A stretch of DNA of 64,000 nucleotides, taken from the NCBI RefSeq assembly GCF_009914755.1, contig NC_060938.1. The stretch is one strand, 5' to 3'. How positions within the stretch are numbered: the first letter of the stretch is position 1; every line of letters begins with the position of its first letter. The notes beneath the pieces are model-generated. The model saw only the letters and a program-made list of their open reading frames with translations. It was not told where the DNA came from and searched no databases. This DNA is from the human T2T-CHM13v2.0 reference genome, Homo sapiens. Positions 51,453 to 64,000 of the stretch are shown piece after piece. Position numbers and translations under genes: made by a program.

Positions 51453-52767
51453 AATTTTACTCTTTATTCTCAACCTTACAACCATCAGATACTCATGTAC
51501 ACAGAATAATAAAAATCAACTTTTTTTCCTTGAAGGCAATGTTTCGTCTTGTATTTTATAATATCTGTTCCACATTGCTGTGACAATGCTGTTGAAGTGC
51601 ACCTTCCTTCTTTCACCAAAAGATCACCTGTGTGAATTTGAATAGATGGTCACTGGAGGGGACCAGCTTGGCACACTGGATTGAATTGTCTCTTTGCCTT
51701 TCAGGCAAAGTGGCTTTGAAAAGACTGAAAATAAAGTGTCTGCTGCTTAAGCAGATGGCTTGCCATGTAAATAGGACAATTGTTTGAAAATCCACATCGC
51801 ATGAACTACAACTATTAAAATGTGAAATGCATGATGCAAATAGTGCACAAAAAATAGAATGAAAATGATCAATATAGCCATAAAAGACAGCCAAACTCCA
51901 TTTTAGCAATAAAGTAAAATATAATCTGCTGTCAGGGAAGGTAATTTGAAGTACTTGAGATGTTCTTTAATTTAAAAATCCAAAAATATTTTTAGTTTTA
52001 GTTATATAAAACATGTTTAAGCATTTTCCATTTGAAATAAAATTTTAATTTCATGCTTTGTCAGTTTAGTTTCCCTAAATAAACAGAAAATAGTAAAATA
52101 TCGCATACTAAAAAAATCAACTTCTTTGGTAATAAATCAGTTCAACTGTCAGACCAAAACATAGTTACATTTTACCCAATGTCATGCTGACCAATTTGAT
52201 CAAATGCCACTTCCTTATAACTAAGAGGGATGCAAAGATGTAGATTTTATGTTGAGTGAGACAGGTAAGGATTACTAGGAGTTAGATAATTGTTTTACTA
52301 ATCAAGGTCGATTTTCATTACTATTTTGTTTCTATGTTAATTAATGGTCTTGATTCAAGAATTTTTTTTAAAAAACTCATCTTCTCAGTCAGGCAAAATA
52401 TTAACAAAAAGGAATAGAAATGAAGGCATTTAACACAGTCATAGTTTACATTTTAAAATTAAAATATTTCTAGAAATAACAAAAAAAGAAAAAATATAAA
52501 AACAAATGAACTTAATTTTTGGTGCAAAGCACTCATTACTAAGCCTAACACAAATATTTTGGTAAAGGCTTTCTGACACTGACATTCTTCTCCTGACTTA
52601 AAAGAGCCACTAATTTTACTTTTGACATATATTTAGTTTTAATGTTAAAAGCTAAAAGGAGCCTATTATTTTATTTATAATTGGTGGTCTGCATGTACAT
52701 CGCCATCCATTGAGTCGACTAAAGTTTCTCAAAACTTCAGAAACAGTAACATAAGAATACTTTTTCC

Positions 52768-52941
52768 AGCCATGCATGGTGGCTCACGCCTGTAATCCCA
52801 GCACTTTGGGAGGCCGGGGTGGGGGGAATCACCTGAAGTCAGGCATTTGAAACCAGCCTGATGAACCTGGTGAAACACCATCTCTACTAAAAATACAAAA
52901 TTAGCTGGGCGTGGTGGCACATGCCTGTAACCCCAGCTACT
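52768..52941 (+). mobile_element. 3'-truncated Alu
   Basis: Left arm plus the start of the right arm. Confidence 0.9.
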
Positions 52942-53968
52942 CCTTCAATGACCACATGTGAAGTTTCTTTTGAACTAATTATAACTACCTATTTTTATTG
53001 CTTTTTTGCTCCTATTAGAAAAAAATATTAAAGTTCCTGTTACTACAAACACAATCTATTCAAATCTAAGCATAGTGCTTATCTTAAAAGATCTATATGC
53101 TTGGAATTATGGAAATCCTATTCTCCATTTAAAATACTGCTTTTCAGTAAGCCAAATGGGGCAACTGTGGCTCACAATCATAAGTTATTAAATATTAATA
53201 CCATCATCTAGTTGGAACTTTTAGTTATCTGCATGTTCAAATGGTTTTAACTTATAATAAGTCAGAAACTATAATTTTTTATAAACTATAGAAATAAACA
53301 AAAAATATATTTATCAATGCATTTTTTTTCAGTTTTAAAATACTTAGCCCCAGGATTATTTCTAGTTGACATAACACTAGATTTCAGATGATGTGGATGT
53401 AGAAACTAGAAACGTCCTGGTTGACTCTGCTTCACTTTCTGCCTTCATTTAGCACACAAACATAGCAGCACAACGAAAGCCAGCAATGCTACCCCTTTTG
53501 AAAAGCACACCAGTGCCCTTCTAGGGAGAATATATGTGTGAAAAGATGCATCTGAAAGTCAGGCCATGTTCTCTTTTATTTACAGACTTATATATGACAA
53601 ATAATACAAATAAAAATTTAACACTGCCATATAATCAGAAAATTATTCTAAAAATTCCTTCTGACACATTATTCTTTTTCACCAAAATGGTTGTGATGAA
53701 ATGATTGCCTTTGCAGGACGGTTGTCTTAAATAACCAATACTCCCGTTTCATTGTTCTTGAACTTTAACCATAACGCTTTCATGCTTTTTCTAGAAATTT
53801 TATTTCCTAATTATGTCACTTAGGTATGATTACCATAGCTTCATATTTTCAAAAACGGTTCTAAAAAAACTTAAACCACTGACCATCTTTGTTTCCCAAA
53901 GGAGTAGACTAATAAATTAACACTATCATCTAGCATACTGTAAATAGATGAAAAATAATGATGTAGAG

Positions 53969-54167
53969 CAGGCGTGTTCAATCTTTTGGCTTCCCTGGGA
54001 CACACTAGAAGAACTGTCTTGAGCCATACATAAAATACACCAATGATGATAAAAAAAATCACAAAAAACTCATAATGCTTTTAGAAAGTTTATGAATTTG
54101 TTTAGGGCTGCACTGAAAGCCATATTGGGCCACATGCAGCCTGTAGGTCATGAGTTGGACAAGCTTG
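53969..54167. mobile_element. MER30 hAT element
   Basis: cagg.gtgt.caatcttttggcttccctggg...ttggacaagcttg. Confidence 0.85.
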
Positions 54168-54374
54168 ATATACTGTCATTTATTTTAGCTGCACACTCAA
54201 GACTAAGGCCAAGGGCTTTCAGAGAAAATAGCCTATAGGATGTCAGGAGACCTGTTATAGAAACATTCACCCCTATGTCTAAAGGGGACAAAATTCTATG
54301 TCTTCCACCCTTAATTCCAACCATTAACCAAAACTGGAGAAATCTAACATGGCATTATATCACAAAGTACTTTA

Positions 54375-57110
54375 TTATTTTTATTTTGGATTCAAGGATA
54401 CACGTGCAGATTTGTAACATAGGTATACTGCATGACATTGGGGTTTGGGCAATTAATAATCCCTTTGCCCAGGTAGTGTACATGATACATGATAAGTACT
54501 TTTTAACCCTTGTACCCCTTCTCCCTCCGTTTTGGAATCCTTAGTGTTTATTGTTCTCATCATTGCTTCCGTGTGTACCCAATGTTTAGCTTCCATTTAT
54601 AAGTGAGAAAAAGTAGTATTTGGTTTTCTGTTCTGTGTTAATTTGCTTAGGATCATGACCTTGAGCTGCATCCATGTTGCTGCAAAGAGTATTACAAGAT
54701 TCTTCTTCAGTGGCTGCATAGTATTGGATGGTGTGTAATTACCTAATTTTTAAAATCCATCTTAAGATTTATGAGCACATGGTTTCATTCCATGTTTTTG
54801 CTATTGTGACTAGTGCTGCAATAAACATACGAGTGCAGTGTATTTTTGGAAGAAAAATTTATTTGTATTTGGGTATATGCCCAGTAGTGAGGCTGCTGGG
54901 TCAAATGGTAACTTTAGTTTTAGTCATTTGAGAAATCCCCAAAATGCATTCTACAGGAGCTGAACTAATTTGCATTCCCACTAAGTATATCAGGGTTCTC
55001 TTTTCTACACAATTTTAATATCTGTTTTTTTTTTTTTTTTTTTACTTTTTAATAATAGTCATTTAGACTGGGGTGAGATGGTATCACATTGTAGTTTGGA
55101 TTTACATCTCTCTAATCATTAGAAATGTTGATCCATTTTTCATATGTTTGATGGCTGCTTTTCTTGTCTTTTAAAAGTATATGTTCACATTTTTTGTCAA
55201 TATTTTTTCTTAAATTCCTTATAAAACATATATATTAGTTATTTGTTGTATGCAGTTTACACATATTTTAGCCCATACTGTAGGTTGTCTGTTTATTTTG
55301 TTAATAGTTTCTCTTGCTGTGCAGGTCACAATTTTTATTTTTTATTTTTGTTGCTTTCACTTTTGAGGATGTAGTCATTAATTCTTTACAGAGACCAATG
55401 CCAAGGAGAGAATTTTCTAGGTGTTCTTTTAGGATTTTTATAGGTTGAACTCTTACAGATATGTCTTTAATGTATCTTGAGTTAATTTTCCATATCATGA
55501 GTCGAGTTTTCCTCTTCTGCATATGACTAACCAGTTTTTCCAGCACCTTTTATTGGGTAGGGAGTTCTTTCCATTTGTTTCTGTTGATGCTGTCAAAAAT
55601 CAATTAATTGTAAGAGTTCAGCTTCATTTCAGGGCTCTCTCTTCTGTTCAATAGGGATATGTGTGTGTGTGTATCTGCATCCACATTATATTGATTACCG
55701 TAACTTGTGGTAAAGTTTGAAGTTTGGTAACATAATGTCTCCAGGTTTATACTTTTTGTTTAGTATGGCCTTGGCTATTTGAGCTTTTTTGTTTACATAT
55801 AAATTTTAGAATAGTTTTTTTGTCTAATTTTATAAAAAATGGCATTGGTAGAGTGATAGAAATACAAATAAACTGTCAATTGCTTTGGGCAGTATGAAAT
55901 TTTTAATAATTCTAATCCATTAGCATGAAATACTATTCCATTTATTTGCACTGTGTCTGATTTCTTTCAGTAGTGGTTTGTAGTTCTTCTAGTAGAGATA
56001 TTTAACCTCCTTTGTTTAATGGATCACTATTTTATTTTTTGTTTCTGGCTATTGTAAACTGGATTGTTTTCTTAATTTTGCTCTGCTTAAGTGTTACTGG
56101 TGTAGAAATGTTCCTCATTTTTGAATGTTGTTTTGCTTTTTGTTGTTGTTGCTGAGATTTTGCTGAAGTCTTTTATTAGGCTTAGGAGTCTTTTGGAGGA
56201 GTCTTTGAAGTTGGTAGAAAATTATAGCATCAGTAAAGACAGATAAGTTGATTTCCTTTTCTCTTATTTGAGTGCTTTTCCTTTCTTTATCTTGCCTGAT
56301 TGTTCTGGCTAAAACTTTCAGGACTATGTTGAATAGGAGTGGTGGAAGTGCACATTCTTTTCTTATTTCAGTTTTTAGGAAGGATGCATTAATCTTTCAC
56401 CTGTTCAGTATGATGTTGGCTGAGGATTTGTCTCATGTGGCTGTTATTATTTTGAGGTATGTTCCTTCAATGCCTAGTTTTTTGAGAATTCTTTTCATAA
56501 ATAGATATTACATTTTATTAATTGCTATTTCCACATCTATTGAGGTAATGTGGTTTTGTTTTTAAATTATTTTTATATGTTGAATCACATTTATAGATTG
56601 CACATGTTAAAACATTCCTGCATTCACAGAATAATGTCCACATAGTTGCAGTGAAATAACTTTGATTTCCTGACTCAGTTTGCAAGCATTTCATGAATAA
56701 TTTTTGTGTCTGTATTCATCAAGGATATTGGCCTGTAATTTTTTGTGTGTGTCTTTACCTGATTAATATATCAAGATGAGACTGATATGATAGAATTAAT
56801 TAGGAAGGAGTCCCACTTTGATTTTTTGGAATACTTTCTGTAGAATTATAGCTGACTCATTTTTGTATACATGATAAAATCATGCTGTGAATGCATCTGG
56901 TTTAGCACTTTTTATAATTGGTAGATTTTTTTATCACCAATTCAATTTGCTTACACATTTTGGTTTCTTCAAGATTTGTTTATTCCTGATTCAATCTTGG
57001 GAGGTTGTATATTTCTAAGAGTTTATTCATTTCCTCTAGACTTTCTAGTTGGTGTGCACAGAGATATATATAGTAGTCTGCAAGTATGTTTTGTATTTTT
57101 GTGGGATTGG
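54375..57110 (-). mobile_element. L1 (L1PB/late-PA-like), 3'UTR and degenerate ORF2
   Basis: Reverse L1 3'UTR. ORF2 peptide LESLEEMNKLLEIYNLPRLNQE. Confidence 0.85.
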
Positions 57111-57134
57111 TTGTCACAAATGTAACATTCAAAT

Positions 57135-59600
<2,466 letters not shown>

Positions 59601-60350
59601 TTTAAAAATATATTTATAAAAAGTATTAAAAATGACAATGTTTCAAATTCTGACCTGTGTTTTTGTCGTAAACCTGTCTGAATAGTATGAAAGATACAGT
59701 TTCTGTGCTGTTTTGTCACCTAGTCAGTCATGACCATATGAACTCTAATATTTACCACCATGTTCGGGAACCAGCACAGAGCATGGGAGAAGCCAATGTA
59801 CCTTAGGGCTTTTATTTTGAGCTTGGGACAACTGGAGTTTCTGGTGCTGGTGGTAATGATAGGGAAGACACAAAAAGGGCAGCTCTTGCTGTGTTTCACA
59901 TGATTAAACCACTCTGAAGAGAGTAAATAAGTTTGCATCCCAGACCACTGAAGACATTTTTTAACTCAAAAGATGCCATGATCTTTAAAATTTTTCGAGA
60001 TAAAATGACCAAGGAGTTGACTAGTTAGGTGACAAAGACTGAAACCTCTAAATTGTAAACTGCACCCAATAAAAAAGTACATTATACAAGTGTGAGAAAT
60101 TCCTCAAGATTTTAACATTAATATGAAAAAGATTATTTCACAAGTGAAATCCACAGGTGTCATTCTATTATTTTCGAATATTTAACATTCACACCAAAAT
60201 AAAAGATTCTGAATGAAAACTTAAGTTGAGCTGTAAGTATGTAATAAAAAATTAAATTTAACATTCTCCACTTAACATTAACTCTTCTAAAAGTTTAATT
60301 TCTAAGACATATCTTCTAACTAATTTTATATTTTCCATACCTTGTGTTAA

Positions 60351-60642
60351 TTTTTTTTTTTTGAGATGAAGTCTCACTCTATCATCAGGCTGGAATGCAG
60401 TTGCACAATCTCAGCTCACTGCAACCTCTGTCTCCTGGGTTCAAGCGATTTTCCTGCCTCAGCCTCCTGAATGGCTAGGTCAACATGTGCATGCCACCAT
60501 GCCCAGCTAATTTTTGTATTTTTAGTGGAGATGGGGTTTCACCATATTGTCCAGGAAGGTCTCAACTTCTTGACCTAGTGATTCTCCCACCTCAGCCTCC
60601 CAAAGTGCTGGGATTATAGGTGTGAGCTACCACACACAGACT
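60351..60642 (-). mobile_element. AluS-like
   Basis: Reverse Alu flanked by tgtgttaa repeats. Confidence 0.93.
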
Positions 60643-61316
60643 GTGTTAAAATTTGATAAAAGTTTGGTTTTACAAAGACAAGAAATTCTGACTGATTTAT
60701 TCCTCTCACCTGTGAACACTGCATGCCTTTTATCTCAATTAACAGATCTGAAAGTTACATTGACAAACTTTCATCAGAACCTACAAAGTACTGTGTGAAG
60801 TGGCATGGCACAAAACAAACAGCAATAAAGATGTAGCCATAACACAAAGAATAAAAAGAAGGGCTGTGATGCATACACAGTTGGGATAAACATAAGTAGA
60901 CACACAAACAAAACTAAAGATAATCAGAAAATAAGCAGAATGTCTCTTTAAATTCAGAAAGAGACAATTTTGCAGCATAAGAACAGTGTCCTCTCCATAT
61001 ACAGAATTGATTTTCTTTCTTCACCATGCGTATTTCTTTATTTTTACTTGGAGCTACAAACTAACTCCAGCAGAAATATTTGTGGCCAATAATGGTGCAT
61101 CAGCAAGCATTGTGTTTGCTACATTTACATATCAAAATATCTTTATGACTTATGAAGCCTCCCCAGTATTTACCTAAACAAATTGGCTGAATGAATAAAT
61201 TAACCTATGTCAATTATAAAGAGTAAAAGGAACAATAATAAAGGAAACTTAGCTTACACAGGCTTCTCCAATTAAAATAACAAAATGGGATGTTCTAACT
61301 AAATGAAATATAAGTT

Positions 61317-61782
<466 letters not shown>

Positions 61783-62699
61783 TCAGTCTACCATGAGTAC
61801 CAGGCACATGAAAGAAAGAATTTGCATGGAAAGATTCGGAAAAGCAATCCATAAGACTTCACAGTAATTAATTAAATAAAATACAGAGAATACAGATATT
61901 CAAAATCACTGAGGTTTCTCATCTTCTAGTAAACTATTTGTCCACTTTATTAAAGCGATATTTTGTTCCAATATTTCTTGTCTTCTGAAAATAGGTACAC
62001 TCACACTCACACAATTACTTGCCCCACAATTTTCTTACACCTAATGTTTATCTTAAGAGTAATATATTTGTATATTTAGCATCACGTAAGTAAAAACTAA
62101 CAGTCTGTATGAGTTTACAGGCAGAGAGGCCACTTGTTCAAAATATATATGACCAATTTTTAAAAATATTTATTCAGGACTTAGAAATGTGAGATTTCTT
62201 ATTATACTACTATGTAATTATTATTATGACCATAAAAAAACCTCTGTAGCAAGTAATAATTTACTTGTACATTTTAAAATAACTAAAAATGTTTAATTGG
62301 ATTGTCTGTAACACACACAAAACATGCATTACGTAATGAATACCTCATTTACTCTGATGTGATTACAAGTTGTATGCCTGTATGAAAATATTCTATATAT
62401 GCCATAAATAGGTAAACAATACTATGTTCCTACAAAAATTTAAAACGTTAAACAAATGTACATTTTACCCATTGAAACAATACTCTTAAACCTTTCAGTT
62501 TAATGCCACAGGCAAAAGAGATTGCTAGAGAGGTCATTCTACTATGTTACCATCTTTTATCTACATCTTTAACAAGGTGGGACACGTTAAAGTTGGTGAC
62601 ATAGCACTTTACTAAATGCAGGTCTTAAAAAGTTTAAAACTATTTCATTTAATTTAAAAGCTAAGTTATCACAGTCTTATAAAAGAATTTTAAAATTCC

Positions 62700-64000
62700 C
62701 TACATTTTATTGCATAAAAGTACAATTGGTAAAACAATTTACTACTAAAACAAAGTTTTCCTCTCACTATAATGCAGAATATCACTCTAAACACATAACT
62801 CATGTATCACATGAACAATGTTAAAAGTCAGACATAAAGAGCCTCTCCAATTAGATTTTCAATATGCATCTTACATTTTAATATCCTTACTCTTCCATGG
62901 AAAAGTTAATGAATGATGCCTACCTAATAAGAAGGGAATTTCTCAGATTTCTGATGCAACAGAAATTGATGACATGCTTTTAAACAAACAACAGGAAAAA
63001 AGGAACAGCATGAAGCAATTTTACAGTTGAATTACCTTACTATTTGCTTTTCAAAAAATCTACATTTTTTTCAAGGAAAAACGTATACCTTGAATGTAAT
63101 TATAACTCCAAAAAATAATCTTCCACTCCTCTTAAACTTATATACAAATAAATTATCCAACAGTTTTAGCTTTGGATTACTTTCTATACAGAACATTCTG
63201 ATTTAGTGTAACGTCTTAAGTGCCAGTGCCTTAGTTCTTCCTACTGTGAATTTTCTAAAGTTTACAAAGACTTAATTTTGACTAAATATTTTTACACATG
63301 TGTTCCCTCTGCAAAAATATCTTTTATTATAAACTGTGTGGTGTTTTGTAAGCTGTATTTTCTGAAAAAATGTTTTTCCACATTTATTACATTTGTATGG
63401 TTTCCTTCAATATAAATTCTCTGATGCTGAACAAGTTTGAGTAATTCCATTAGAGTTTTCTTCTACCATAAAATCTGTACATTATATAGGGCAAGTAAAG
63501 GTATTACAACCCTCTTTATATTTGTAATATTTGTCTCCAGAATACTCTTTTTTACTTTAAGAGTTTAAATTTTCCAAGGTCTTTCAAAAGTAATTACATT
63601 TATAATAATTTTATTAAGTATGAACTTACTGATGTTGACTATGATGTGAGCAGATAGAAATGGCTTTTCCACACTCTGTATAATTTTTCAAGTATAAATG
63701 CTTTTATGTGTCATGAGGTATGAGCATGTCAGAAGTTTTGACACATTCTTTGTTTGTAGAGATTTTCTCCACTATCAATTATTTTGCCTACAGTAAGATG
63801 TGACAACCATTTAAAAGCCTTGCCACATTGTTCAGTTTTCTGAGGTTTCTCACTGATATTTCTCCAATGCTTAGGAAAGTTTGAGGTGTATTCATAAGCT
63901 CTGCCAAACTTTTTTAGGTTCATAGGCATAATCTTTAGTATGAATTACGGATGGATATATTTGAGCAATACTTAAAAGATTTTGCCACAGTCTTATGATT
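62700..64000 (-). pseudogene. 3' end of a ZNF91-subfamily-like C2H2 zinc-finger pseudogene (degenerate fingers and 3'UTR); continues beyond the window
   Basis: Decayed finger peptides such as EQCGKAFKWLSHLTVGKIIDSGENLYK. Minus-strand AATAAA at ~62706. Would be ZNF355P if the chr21 assignment is right. Confidence 0.75.

Overview
This is primate (almost certainly human) genomic DNA, not microbial. The window holds a CpG-island-headed, multi-exon ANKRD30A/B (NY-BR-1)/ANKRD30BL-family unprocessed pseudogene on the + strand (~2.9-35.8 kb). Its translation, intronic U6 pseudogene and convergent zinc-finger remnant fit my recollection of ANKRD30BP2 (CTSP-1, chr21q11.2), but a close segmental-duplication paralog cannot be excluded. 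Exon 7 is split by a 12.7-kb HERV-I/HERV-IP (LTR10) provirus with a 4-bp TSD, and the LTR supplies the stop codon. The provirus gag carries a 5'-truncated L1PA fused in frame to Gag, plus a tail-to-tail AluY inserted at the same target site. The rest is mostly Alus, L1s, THE1, a MER11 solo LTR and DNA transposons, and ends in degenerate C2H2 zinc-finger sequence on the minus strand. No intact protein-coding gene is supported. The most notable oddities are the Gag-L1 endonuclease chimeric ORF, the triple target-site duplication, hairpin/palindrome scars at L1 junctions, an old L1M fragment inside an AluJ, and a shared FADD>FEDD change in two different L1s. Repeat subfamily names come from recalled consensus sequences and are approximate.
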